A model generated the notes under the pieces. The model ran no database searches and was not told where the DNA came from. It saw nothing but the letters and a program-made list of their open reading frames with translations. The translations under genes were made by a program, and so were the position numbers. DNA of 64,000 bases from the human T2T-CHM13v2.0 reference genome, Homo sapiens, in assembly GCF_009914755.1 (NCBI RefSeq), contig NC_060930.1. One strand, 5' to 3'. Shown here piece after piece: positions 1 to 13,760 of this stretch; positions within the stretch are counted from its first letter, which is position 1; each line of letters starts with the position of its first letter.

Positions 1-200
1 TACTGTTTTTCATAATTCCCATATTAATCCAAATTGCCACCAACAGTGTACATTTCTCTTTTCTCCACATCCTCAACAACATTGGTATCTTTGGTCTTTT
101 TGGTAATAGCTGTTCTAACAGATGTGAGGTGATATCTCATTGTGGTTTTAATTTGCATTTCCCTGATGATTAGTGATATAGATCATTTTTTCCCTTTTTA
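1..200 (-). mobile_element. Old L1 (L1M/L1P) ORF2 3' fragment
   Basis: Contains 'gatgtgaggtgatatctcattgtggttttaatttgcatttccctgatgattagtgat', the antisense of the conserved L1 ORF2 C-terminal region. Confidence 0.85.
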
Positions 201-245
201 CATATATTCCTTATAAACGTATGCATATTCCTTATAAAATAAAGT

Positions 246-549
<304 letters not shown>

Positions 550-606
550 CTAATCCTCTGATAGATATCTGAATTTGTTTAAAGAGAAGTTTAAAATTTC
601 AGCATG

Positions 607-925
607 TAACCATCACTTGGGTTCCAAAGGGGATTGGTTCTAGGACCCCGTGGATATCAAAATTCAAAGATGCTGAAGTCCCTTATGTAAAATGAAGTAG
701 TATTTACATACAATCTATGCCTATCCTCTCATATGCTTTCAATAATGTCTAGCTTACTTATAATACCTAATACAGTGTAAATGTTACATAAGTAGTTGTT
801 ACGGCATATTTCTTATTTATATTATTTTTATTTTTACTGTTTTTATTTTTAATTTTTTGGAATATTTTCGATTGGTGGTTGGTTGAAGTCATGAATGCAA
901 ACCCATGGGTCCAGAGAGCAAACTG
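607..925 (+). mobile_element. MER2 (TcMar-Tigger) DNA transposon
   Basis: 'ggggattggttctaggaccccgtggatatcaaaattc...ttataatacctaatacagtgtaaatg...ggttggttgaa...aactg' matches the recalled MER2 consensus. Confidence 0.85.
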
Positions 926-1199
926 TCCTTAGGTTGATCACACTCTTTCTTTCTAATTATTTTCTATCACGTCTATTCTTAGTGTATTTTCTGCATTGCA
1001 ATCTGCTAAACATACACTCCTATTTTCTCCTAGTTTTTGAAGCCTTTAGGTTATATTTAATTTCTTAATACATCTGGAATTTATTCTAGTCCCTTTGTGA
1101 GTTAAGTTCTAAGTGGAATTTTTAAGATATCAAATTAATTGTCCCAGTGTTTACCAAATATGCCTTCTTTCCTCATTGATTTGTGACCTTAGCAAGAGC

Positions 1200-1415
1200 A
1201 GGCCTGAGAACTACACAGGCTTATGTCCTGCTGTCAGCTCCTTACAAACCGAGTGATCCTGAGCAAATCCCTTTAACCTCTCGGCTCTCAGTTTACCCCT
1301 TTGTGAAGTAGAGGTAATGATAGCCAACTGCTATGGTCACTGTGAGGATGAAGTGAGAAAATGCAGGCAGAGCAATGTTCCTGGTAGGTCACTAGCGCAT
1401 TTGGCGGTGTTATTA
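1200..1415 (+). mobile_element. MIR
   Basis: MIR core 'gtgatcctgagcaaatccctttaacctctcggctctcagtttacccctttgtgaagt'. Confidence 0.75.
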
Positions 1416-1519
1416 GTAATAGTAATCGGTCTCCCTCTCTGTAAGAGCTAGTAATGGAAGCTCTGACACTGGTCTGCAGGAGAGAGAAAACCGTCTCTCC
1501 CCTGTTTCTTCCCAGCCCA

Positions 1520-1976
1520 TTCCATCTCTGACCTCATCCCCTGCTGCCAGCCTACCCCATTCCCTCCTCTCCAGTTTCCAGGCTGCCTCTGCACCAGCCA
1601 GGCGCCTTCTGCCACAGGCTTCACTCTTCTCTTCCAAGTCCCTGGATGTTTCCCCAGTTCACACCTGGCTTGCTCCCTCACCTTCAGAGAGCCTCTGCCC
1701 AGCTGAAACCTTCTGACTGGGGCCTTCCCTAAACCCACCCACTTAAGTTTGGACCTCCTCAGTGCCCTCTCTCATCCTTCCTTGTTTATTTTCCTCTACA
1801 GCAGTTACCACCTCCATATAGTTTGCTTCTTTGTGTATTATCTGTCTTCCCCGACAACAGAAATCTCCCCAGGGTCAGGGCTTTTATCTCTGTTGTTCAT
1901 TAGTGTATTCCCAGGGCCTGTAATAGAGCCTGAAATGCAGCATGTGTTCCATGCATTACTGTTGAATGAATGAATT
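1520..1976 (+). mobile_element. L2 3' end
   Basis: Pyrimidine-rich L2 3' region ending '...cccagggcctgtaatagagcctg...tgttgaatgaatgaat'. Confidence 0.8.
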
Positions 1977-3086
1977 CTTGAACATTTTACTTTATATTGT
2001 TGTAACCTAACAATCTGTGGGGGTGGGGGTGGGGGTATTATCAAACCAGAGAGTAGAGGAGGTAAGAGATGTGACAGAAGGAGGGCAGCGAGCACCCTCT
2101 TAAGGGGAAGGCTTCATTGGAAGCACCCTTCTGGAAGCCCCAGCTATGGAAAGCGTCTGTGCAGACTTGTTCATGTGTCCGCCCTCTGGAGAAGGGGACT
2201 GGTGAGAACTAAATGGTCAGCCTTGGTTTGATGAAAGAGAAGCAGGAAAGGAGAAGCAATGGCCCTTCTGTGAGTGGGCATTGTCTCTGAGTGGGGGTTT
2301 TGCCTATTAGAGCCGTTAAATAACATGCATGCTAAGTTATGGACTATAGTGATAAAACATTCGTCCTAGTTTGTTAAATGCCATGAGACAGAAGACTCTG
2401 TAACTTAACACCTAGCAATCCTATGTAGCACAATTCTTAACGATTTCTATAAACAAACCTGACTCTTAGATATTACCTATTTTTCTGCACACTGTGAAAC
2501 ATCCAAGTGTTTGACAACTGCAAGTTGCACTAAGTCTTTTGGCATCATCTTGATTTCGTGACATTCTCTACATGACTACTGGGAAAGTTAGATTTGCTCT
2601 TAGTTTTCTTTTTACACAGTCACCTGGGGGCTCAAGAGATGTCTTCATGCTTTATTCTAATGTTCTCTTTATTTTACTGTGTTTACTTAACAAAATTGAA
2701 ATGCTCTCCTGCACGAACTATACTACCAAAAACCTTTCAAAGGAATTCTTATCACTCCCATGAACTCACGGACATGGGTTCCCAAAGACTCAGAGCTAGG
2801 GGAGTTTTCCTCTGCGTCTTTGTCCTATCTCTTTCCAAACCTACGTAACCTTGTTTAGTATGCCTTGTTTTCACTTCTCCCATTTCCAGACGATTCAGAG
2901 CAGAACTCCAAAACATTTTCCTCAGATTTCTATGTTCTTGGATGACTAAAGAAGTTTTAACAGTGAAAAAATAAAAATAAAAAAAAAGAGGGAGGGAGGG
3001 GTATGACTTCACTCTCTAAGCTGCAAGTCTTTTATAACCCCTCTTGGACTTGAGGCAGAGCAGACTGGCCAAAGAGAGCATTGGCT

Positions 3087-3111
3087 GTTGCCTTAGCAAC
3101 TTCCTGACTCA
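3087..3111. promoter_or_regulatory. Candidate RFX X-box + ETS + AP-1 composite element
   Basis: GTTGCCTTAGCAAC (3087-3100), ACTTCCTG (3099-3106) and TGACTCA (3105-3111) overlap. Motif match only. Confidence 0.45.
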
Positions 3112-3400
3112 CTGGCTACTTGCCCTGCGCAGAAGCCCTGAAGGAGCTGAAACCATGTAACCTCCATTAGAAGGCCCTCTTTGGCCCATGTTTACTGTTG
3201 AACACCCAGTGAAGATGTGGTTTTGAGGAATGAGAGACAACCAGTGATTGCCTGCCCATACATGAAGAGGCAGGTATTTCAAAACCAGGATGCCTTGCCT
3301 GATATAAGCACAGATGAGTCACATGAGTTGGCCTTGGGGACAAAAACTTGTTGAGATCATACGAGCCAGTTGGCAGCACAGTCCCTGTGTCACTGACTAA

Positions 3401-3826
<426 letters not shown>

Positions 3827-5036
3827 TAAGTCTTGCCTTGATGTTCAGTTCCTGATTGTTCAAGCACGAGAGGCATTGATTAGTATAGATAACCAGACAA
3901 CAGGCATTTATTTACTAGGTCTCATGTTGTTTGACTTCTAGTCTCAGTTCTGTGATTATTGTGAAAAATACAAAAGAATTATAAAACACAGTCTCAGGTT
4001 TTAGGGAGACTGAACTCAAATTAACATCAGAATGATGAACAGGTGGTGGAGAAACAGCCCCAAGGCTTATTTGCATGTCAATCTCCATGGCAGAGAAGGG
4101 CCTTTGAGGAAGAGGTTTGCACAAAAAGGCTTAAGTTAGAAGTGGGGAAAAGCTAGACTTGGAGAAGCCATGCTTGTCCCCCAGCCTGGCCCATGGACTA
4201 GGTGAGAGGATTCTCGAAAGAGAACCTGAACAAAAATAGGAAGAGGAGACTTTAAGATATACAAAGGCTGGTGCAGAGCTGCTTTGAGGCCTCAGTGACA
4301 AAGAACAGGACACAGTAGGGACAGGGAGGGAATGGGGAAAGGGACATTCCCCTCATGTACACTTGGGGTACAAATAGCACAGCTTGGGTGCCCCACAGGT
4401 CTGCAGCTGGGGAAGCACATAAGATCAAAACTCTGGCAGTGGATCCAGGTACTGACAGGCACAAGCAGGCAATAGTGGGCATCACATGTACCAGTGTGGA
4501 AGAGCAGGGAGGGCTGCTGCTGAGCACATGGGAGGACCACCAAGGGAACCCTACAAATAACTGGGAGAGATCTGGGGTGGTGAGCGAGGTCCTCGTTGTC
4601 CAAGTAGGTGCAGTGAGCCAGTAAATTTCACCTTATTACTCAGTGTTACCTTATTTGCCCCCACATGTTGGAGCTGATTTGTCTGACCTGATTTTTGGAG
4701 TTTCTCCAACATGTATGAAGAAAACAGTGGTGAGGCAGTTCTTTCCAGGACACAGCTTGTCAGAGAAGGGGCATGCTGGGTGGAGAGAGAGGAGAGGCTC
4801 AGAGTCTGTGTCAGTCCTGAACAAGTGAAGTGAATAATGTGAACGTCATTTTTCATTTCTATGACATTTGCCCTCCTCAGAAGATTTTGGTTACTGAAAT
4901 GACTTAAGATGGTTATAAATTCCCAGACTGAAAGAGAATAGGAACAGAAGGAAACATTCTGATAGAGGTTAGGTAACATTGGTAAAGTGGACTATTGCTC
5001 TCACGTGAAGTACTGTATTTACTTAAAGGGGAACTT

Positions 5037-5326
<290 letters not shown>

Positions 5327-5523
5327 GTGGAACTTTCCAAGTGACCTCAGACACTGTGCTGATTATGGCCACCCTCTCTTGCTGGCCAAGTAAGACAAAG
5401 GTTAACAGGTTGATTGCAGTGTGAGCAAGGCAGGTTATAAAGGGGAGATTCAGTTAATACATGCCACTCTCAATCATTAACAGCTGCACATAAAAGTATG
5501 CATCTTCTAATCAAGAGATCAGA

Positions 5524-5800
5524 TGGCTCACGCCTGTAATCCTAACACTTTGGGAGGCCGAGGCCAGCCTGAGATCAGGAGTTCGAGACCAGCCTGGCCA
5601 ACATGGTGAAACCCTGTCTCTACTAAAAATACAAAAAATTATCCAGGCATGGTGGTGAGTGCCTGTAGTTCCAGCTACTCAGGAGGCTGAGGCAGGAGAA
5701 TTGCTTGAACCTAGGAGGCAGAGTTGCAATGAGCCGAGATCACACCACTGCACTCCAGCCTGGGCAACAAGAGTAAAACTCTGTCTGAAAAAAAAAACAA
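5524..5800 (+). mobile_element. AluS (slightly 5' truncated)
   Basis: Dimeric Alu with A tail and a small left-arm deletion. Confidence 0.9.
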
Positions 5801-6183
5801 ATTACCATGTGAAGAAATGATTTCACCTGTTTAAATAAGTCCTCCAAACTCCACCTTTGTTTTTCTTTTTTATCTTTTGACATTTGATCTAAATCATACT
5901 TATGTTAATACAAAGATCAGAAACCTGGAAAAAGATGGACAGGTAGGCTGCTCCTGTTTCTTGCAACTTCCGCAAGCTTGAAGATGTCTAGAATTGTCTA
6001 TGGCTGATATGTTGCTTTTGGAAAATCTATCATCAGAATATTAAAGCCAATGTGTAAGAAAGAACTTTTATAAACTATGTCATCCTCTGCTTCCCTCTGT
6101 TACCTCCAGAAATAACTGTGTTTTCAGGGATATTTTACTACTGTTTCGGGAATGAAAAATCAGTTGCTAAATTGACATAGTCA

Positions 6184-6501
<318 letters not shown>

Positions 6502-6622
6502 TCAGATCAAATAATAGATTGCATCTATAAATAAGATCTCAGAGGAAATGTTTATGTTTGGTTCATTATTAACAGCACCTCTTCAAAATGATACGATTTT
6601 ATGTCTTCTGTGTGTCAAAAAC

Positions 6623-7500
6623 TGTGAAGAAGAGTGTAATATTTCACCTTGCAAGCTAACAAGTGAACCTGCCACAGTTTCATGGATGCTGGCTGTGTTA
6701 GTCCATTTTGTGTTGCTATAAATACCTGAGGCTGAGTAATTTACAAAGAGAAAAGGTTTATTTGGCTCACAATTCTGATGACTGGAAACTTCAAGATTGG
6801 GCATCTGCATCTGGTGAGAGCTCAGGCTTCTTCCACTCATGGTGGAAGATGAGGCGGGGCCAGAACGTGCAGAAATCACTTAGTGAAAGAGAAATAAAGG
6901 GGTAGGGAGGTACCAGGTTTTTTTTAACAACCAGCTCTCAAGGGAACAAAGAGAGTGAGAATTCATTCACCCTCTCTCTACCCAGGCCCTTCCTGTTTAT
7001 TCAACCATTCATCTAGCACTCACCACCATGACTGAAACACCTCCCATAAGGTCCCACCTCCAATGTTGGGGATTAAATTTCAACATGAGGTTTGGAAGGG
7101 ACAAACATCCAAATCATAGGTTGGCAGAAGACACAAGACTCTTGGCTCAGAGATGAAGAACTTTTTGACTCACAGCAAAAACACTAGGCAGAGTATCAGA
7201 ATTCTCCAGTACCAGATCCAAAAGTCCCAATTGCCACAGTGCAGAGCAAAGAGAGCTAAGTGACATCTGTACACACAGTGGGTTGCATTACAAGAAAGTA
7301 AACCAGGATAGGTAACCAGAGTCTTCTAGAATGAGCAGTAAACATGTTTGCACTGTGTTCCAGAAGGAGGCACCATCTCTGTCTTCAAAGACCATTTGCT
7401 ATAAAACATTGTTGAAACAATTGTCCCAAAGGCAGCCAATACCTCTGTTCACAAAATGTGCAGAACATGAGATCTGCATTATGAGTTGTTCTCATTCACA
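6623..7500 (-). mobile_element. ERVL-class LTR (MER74/MER54/LTR47/LTR53-like), split by an MST insertion
   Basis: 'cttgcaagctaacaagtgaacctgccacagtttcatggatgctggc' continues after the MST as 'agaagacacaagactcttggctcagag'. Subfamily and strand are tentative. Confidence 0.6.
6694..7120 (-). mobile_element. MST (MaLR) solo LTR, MSTB-like
   Basis: 'tgtgttagtccattttgtgttgctataaatacctgaggctgagtaatttac...tttcaacatgaggtttggaagggacaaacatccaaatcatag'. Confidence 0.85.
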
Positions 7501-8634
7501 CATATTTTTATTAGGCAAATGTCCATGTCATATCAAATAATATAAATTAAATGCAATAGGTCCCCCCAAAGTAACACTGGAATATGAATTTGACTTTCAA
7601 ATATATAGTCTTAATTCATGTGATGCAGAATTCCCTTCTCAGTTAATACTTTTAGAAACATAATCATACAATAATAATAATATAAATAAAATATATTATT
7701 ATATAAATAATATAAAGAAATGTCCCTTTTTTCTAAAGTGACAAATTAATATTTGAATTGAGGTTATTAAGTTGGAAATCAAGTAGAAAACCAGTTGGAG
7801 GCCTTTGCAAAATACATTCAATTACAAGATTTAGAAGAAAAATAGATAAAATTTCTCTTTTTAAAGTGTTGATTCAAATGGAGACATACCAGAATAAGCG
7901 AATAATCAGAAGGAAGGTTGTTTGTTTTCCTCTGTTGAGAAAGAAGCTCTTGAGCTGAGCATTGGCCAATTGTGAGACACAGCTGGTTGGTAGGAGGTTG
8001 TCTCTAAAGTTCACTGATGTTAAAGGATACCCCAGAAATGTGGGATGGAAAGAAAAGGAATTGGTTCAATGAAGGTTTTTTTCAGTGATAGATAAATACC
8101 GATCGACTAATGTTTTGTCATTGTTGTTTTTGTCTTTTTACAGCTAGAAATACTTGCTTACTAAAATGCATGTTCTTATCTCTTTCATTTTTCTTACTCA
8201 TGATTTCCAAATCCCAAGCCAGGAAAGATAATAACCTGATAAATCTTAGATATACAACATTTATTCAGATAGCAAAAGCTTCAGTGGGTTGTGCTTCCGA
8301 CCTATAGTATTTGATAGAACTTTAAAACCTAGCCTGTTGAAAGTAAACTGAGTTTATTCTGTTCCATTTATTTATTGAGATAAATGTGTATCTCTTTGGC
8401 TTTGGCATTTTTAGAAGTTTAGACAATATCTTTTTGTAATCCATGCTGTTGTTAATATCGACCTGTGTATTCTTATATGCTATAACTTGAATGTGCTAGA
8501 AAGCTATCCCTTATACTTTTCTCCCAACCTAGTGACCACATATACATAAATGAATAAACAAATCAATAAAATTACATTTTGGCATCGAAGTGCCTGAAGG
8601 TTTGTAAATAGGATGTTTTTCCCTAACGAAGAAT

Positions 8635-8876
8635 AAAAGCATTGATCCTGGAGCCAAACTGTTTAGGTCCAAATCATCCCTTTAACTTATCAGCAGTGTG
8701 ACCACGGGCAGTTTACTTCACTTGCCTATGCCTCAGTTTCCCCAACCGTAAAGTGGAGTTAATAGTAATTTTTACCCTAGAGGGCTGCTATGTGGACTAC
8801 ATGAGTTCATATGTGTAACATGTTTGGAACAGTACCTGGTACATAGGAAGTACTCTGCAAGTGTTTGCTATTACTA
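8635..8876 (+). mobile_element. MIR
   Basis: MIR core 'tgtgaccacgggcagtttacttcac...cctcagtttcccc' and 3' end 'agtacctggtacatagg'. Confidence 0.85.
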
Positions 8877-8959
8877 TCTCAAAAATGGCATTTTTTTCCT
8901 TTATTGTTTCAGATCAGAGTGAAGCCTAGGCCTTGGCAAATATAAAAATATTTACATCA

Positions 8960-9268
<309 letters not shown>

Positions 9269-9284
9269 TCAACACAAATTCTGT

Positions 9285-9365
9285 AAGCACAGTGTCAGGC
9301 ACATGGTAAACATTCAATAATTATTTGTTGAACGAATAGCTAGATTAAATGAATATATAGATGGA
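9285..9365 (+). mobile_element. L2 3' terminal fragment
   Basis: 'cacagtgtcaggcacatggtaaacattcaataattatttgttgaacgaat'. Confidence 0.65.
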
Positions 9366-10379
9366 TGAAGGCCATACTTCCATTTTTTTATTATCACTTT
9401 ACCAGAAATTCAGTAATTTGATTGAAAATTAAGTGAAAGGACTTGGAGAATAATCCTGAGGCTGAGCCAGTGCCTGTGGGATTCTGTCAAGCCCCTGTGA
9501 TTTACGTTTTAGTCAGCCCCAATTTCCTTCCTCTTTTAGACAACCTGATGTGGTTTGGATCAATGTGTGTCTCCCACTTTTTTAATCTTGTGATATTTAG
9601 CTGTCACACAGGCCAACTGGATAGAAAAAGACAGATCTACGCCCTAAGTTATAATGGATAATTAAGGTGAAAGGAAAGTATATCAGTCACACATGTCTTG
9701 AGATTTGAGATTATGTGGGGCGACAAATAAAAGTATGCACAGTCCAACTCTCCTACGGTCTGTTATTCAAACCCAGAGAGCCATGGCATTGCATCCAGGT
9801 CTTGGTGCTCAGAGCTCGCCCACCATCACCTGTGGGTGAAACCTATTTGTAACGCAATTTGGTTGGAAAGCTCTTGAGTAGAAAAGACTGTCTCTGGGGT
9901 GGGGTGTGTTTCCATGTAATTGATCCAGATGTTCTGTTTCCCTGCCTGATTGAGTGGAGACTGAGGTAACCCAATAGACATTTTCTGACATGTCTTTGCA
10001 ACTGCCAGACATCCCAGCAAAGGCTTAGCTCTGAACAAAACCCCATATGACTTGGTTCCTTCCATTTTGGGGTCCACTCTGTGCTAGAAATTGTAGCGGC
10101 ACAGCTCCTAGGGATCAAAGATTATATAAAGAGAGAGTGGGTGGAACCTCAGTAGACATTAAAATGTCAGAGAACATTTCAAACCTGGAACAGTACTGCT
10201 ATTTCTATTAGGATCTGAAGAATCTGTTTTTGTCTTCAGAAAAATTAACCTATTGAGGAAAGTTGGCTCCTGATATTGAATTGACTTGGGGCACAATATG
10301 TGTAGCTTACATTTATTTTAGTAGTTCCAGAAAGCCTCCACCACAGAGTAAAGGGAAGAAAAATAAATTTAAAGGAGAC

Positions 10380-10766
10380 TGTTATGGGTGGAATTTCCAC
10401 TCCCTCCATCCCCCACCAAACTCATATGTCGAGGCTCTAATGTGACCATATTTGGTAACAGGATCTTTATGGAAGTAATTAAGTTAAAATGAGGTCATGA
10501 GGGTGGGCCCTAATCCAATATGAATGTTGTCCTTATAAGAAGAGGAGATTAGGACACAGACACACACAGAAAAAAGACCATGTGAGGACACAGGGAGAAG
10601 ATGGCATCCACCAGAGACCCCAGAGACCAGAGAGACCTCAGAAGAAAGCAACCCCACTGACACCTGGCTCTCGAACTTCCAGCCAGAAATGTGAAGAAAT
10701 AAATTTTTGTTGCTTAAGCCACCCAGTCTGAGGTGCTTTGTTACAGCAGCCATAATAACTAATACA
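10380..10766 (+). mobile_element. MLT1A/B-type (MaLR) solo LTR
   Basis: TG...CA termini, internal AATAAA, and a perfect 5-bp TSD GAGAC at 10375-10379 and 10767-10771. Confidence 0.9.
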
Positions 10767-11859
10767 GAGACAAAAGAATAAAGATATTTAGAGGTGGAAA
10801 AGCAGTGACTCAGAGTTATAAGATTAAAACTGTTGTAAAGGTCATAAGGAAGGTAAAAAGTTTTGATAAAAACAAGTAGTGCCACGTTTTCATGCCCAGG
10901 TCTCTCCCATTTAGATTTGCACAATCATAGTCAACTTAATCTTTCTGAACCTCAATTTACTCATCTCTAAAATGGGCTGTGAAGTCCTTGAGGCAACCAC
11001 AGAGATATTTCATCTTCGTTTACTATGAATCTAGGCCATGGAAAACAGTTTTCTATCGAATGAATCAGTGATTCTAGAAAAAGAAAGCAAAGGAGTTCTC
11101 CATCCTCAAGAAGGACTTAACAATCATTTGGAAAGAGTTTATTTGTGTGCACAGGAAAATATAACCAGGAGGCAGGTAAATGCTGAGAACTCAAGAGTTA
11201 GGACTGTAAACCTCCCAGAAGGAGAGCTGGAACTTGAGACTGGGAAGATCATAGAAGGTTTCAAGGAAAAAGTGAAATTGATTTATTTTTGAGAGTTGCA
11301 GAGACAGACTGGATATGAAAACAAGATGGCAGCAGATGTGTTCCAGATTAAAGCAAAGGTAAGGAGGTAGATAATGCAGTATGCGTTTTAAGGACAATTG
11401 GAGAAGCAGCTTGGAAATGTGGATCCCTTTGCATACAGCAGAGAACACTTTTGGGTGTCAGAGCTGTAGATTAATATTTATAAGCCATGGCCATAAAAAT
11501 TAATGAAGTAATTTCACCAGTTGTCAGAGGCAGAAGAAAGTTGTCCAGCCATTAAAATCAATCAGGGCTATTATGAATTCTATTATGGCAAGTGGATGTT
11601 TTATCCAATAGAAAATATTTCTTTGTACTCCTTCTGACCTGGATAATGAAACCCTACGATTCTATTCCACCCCATTGACACTTGTGATTATTTAGAAAGA
11701 GATTGCTGTGCAATCACCTTTGCTCCATCTAGGAAGAAAAGATTTGCCAAAGAAATAAACAGAATAAACAAGGCATCAAAATAAATACTTCCAGGACTTT
11801 AAAATGCCAGGGTTAATTTCAACTAATATTCCAATTGCGAATCCCTTTACTCTTTTAAA

Positions 11860-11863
11860 ATAT

Positions 11864-11902
<39 letters not shown>

Positions 11903-12013
11903 TGACAGAGTCTCACTCTGTCACCCAGGCTGAAGTGCAGTAGCATGATCATGGCTCAATGCAGCTTTGAACTCCTGGGCTCAAGTGACCCTCCTATCTC
12001 AGCCTCGCAAGTA
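11860..12013 (-). mobile_element. AluJ/FLAM-type monomer fragment with (TTTA)n tail
   Basis: (TTTA)n followed by 'gacagagtctcactctgtcacccaggctg...tgatcatggctca'. Confidence 0.85.
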
Positions 12014-12539
12014 CCTTTTAACCTTTACACCAAAATAGAAATCCTAAGGATTGCCTTTTGACATTGTCCCATAGGCCTATTTAATCCATTCTACATCTCC
12101 TTGAAAGCAATGGCTGGATTTTACAATTTAAGCTTTTAATTCAGATTGACCTTTACCCTAGTTATCCAAATGATGAGATTTTACTGCACTTTCAATTTCC
12201 TATGGATTATACAAAAGATAGTTATTGAGCTTCTACCATGCATAGAATTAGCTTTAGAGAAGAAATAATCATAAAATAATTGATGATGATGAACATATGT
12301 TCTATTAAAGCTATGGAGGCTTCAAAACCCTGGCAGCTGAAAAAAAAAAAAAAAGAAACAGTAACTCAAATTGTAAAAAAGGGTGAACAGCAGATGGTGA
12401 AAGAGAACAAGTCATAGATTTATTGAGGATGGTGTGACATGCAGAAAGCTGATGGCTGCATCTTCCCCAGTGAGGGGTGGGGAGAGAGAGTGAGGCAAAC
12501 AAAGCTCTAATTAGTGACCTTTTATTCCTTATTAGCAAC

Positions 12540-12960
12540 TTGGACCAGAGCTTCATGAGTGAGGCTGTTGAAGGAAGCGTTATTGGAAAAAAGCATAAGG
12601 ACAGCGAGGGAAGCAAGTATTGAGAAGAAGGCAGAAAGAAACCAGCTCACAATCTAGAACTTAGCTTTCATCATAAGTGTGATGGGGAGTTATTGGGATC
12701 TTTGGAGCTGGCTTCTAATAAGATGTGAATTACATTTGATGAAAATTATTTTAGCAGTTATCTTCAGAATGCATTTCAAAGAGGGATGCAGGAAGTCAGG
12801 CTAGGTGAGATTTTGATCATCTGAGTGAGAGCTGATTATATACTGTTGTTTGTAACAACAGGGGTGATGGGGAAGAAAGCAAGAATCCTGAAGATGTTGG
12901 CATGAAGACTGAACAGAACAACAAAACATGAGGGAAAGTGAAATGAAGAGACAAAGGTGA
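12540..12960 (-). mobile_element. Degenerate L2 fragment
   Basis: Purine-rich L2-antisense-like text ('gatggggagttattgggatc...atctgagtgagagctgat'). Confidence 0.45.
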
Positions 12961-13569
12961 TCCTGAATGCACAGGCACAGAGGGGCCCCCTATAGGACAA
13001 GCTGTTTCAAAGGTTACTTAGGATAATTTCTAAGAAGAGGGATAGGAAACAGTATCATCCACTGTTTTATAGTTTATTCTTGCCTGTCTTACAATGGTGG
13101 CAGAAGGTTACATGCTCCTATGACAGGTGTATAAATTAATCAGCACCCTAAGTTCCTGATTTCTTGCCCACCTATCAACAAAGATGTTAACGAGCTGCAG
13201 AACTTTTAATTTGCTAATGAAATACCATTCTGCATAGTTACAGCTTTAGCTTTCATGGTCTTTAAAATCTGTATCTCTTTACCACATCTCATCTTAAAGT
13301 GCGTAAAATTGTGCACTTCCTTTGTATTCATGAGAGTTCACACTACTCATAGTGTATTGTTTACCTTAATTACCAGATTATAGAACCAAATGAAGAGCTA
13401 TTTTTAAAAGTAATAATAATAACAAAATATCAATACGTGCTCAAAGAGGAATATCCCAGCTTGGGAGTATGTTCTCTCAACCTTTTATAGCCAGACAAGA
13501 ATTATGAAAATTTCTCTTCTCTGAAAATGTTAAGTTGCACTAGCTGACAGTCTATGCAGCGAAAAGAGG

Positions 13570-13760
13570 AACAAATTAGATACAGATGACCTGGTTTACT
13601 CTCTGAGCTTTGCCATTCTTTAGGATCCAAGACCTTAGGAGAGCTACACGAATATGTGAACAACACTTTCCACCTCTGCAAAATGGGATTTTGCTTGTAA
13701 GGTTTGTAGGAAATTTCTTTCTCTGGTCTAAGTACCAAGTGGCAGCTATTATTACTGTTA
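13570..13760 (+). mobile_element. Degenerate MIR
   Basis: 'gaccttaggagagctacac...ctttccacctctgcaaaatgggat' resembles the MIR core. Confidence 0.5.

Noticed and set aside
204-238. Short direct repeat ATATTCCTTATAAA x2
   Set aside because: Ordinary local slippage duplication.
2019-2035. (GGGGGT)3 possible G-quadruplex
   Set aside because: Only three G runs; a weak and common motif.
4069-4083. Octamer ATTTGCAT with SOX-like flank
   Set aside because: The SOX half-site is mismatched and the motif is isolated.
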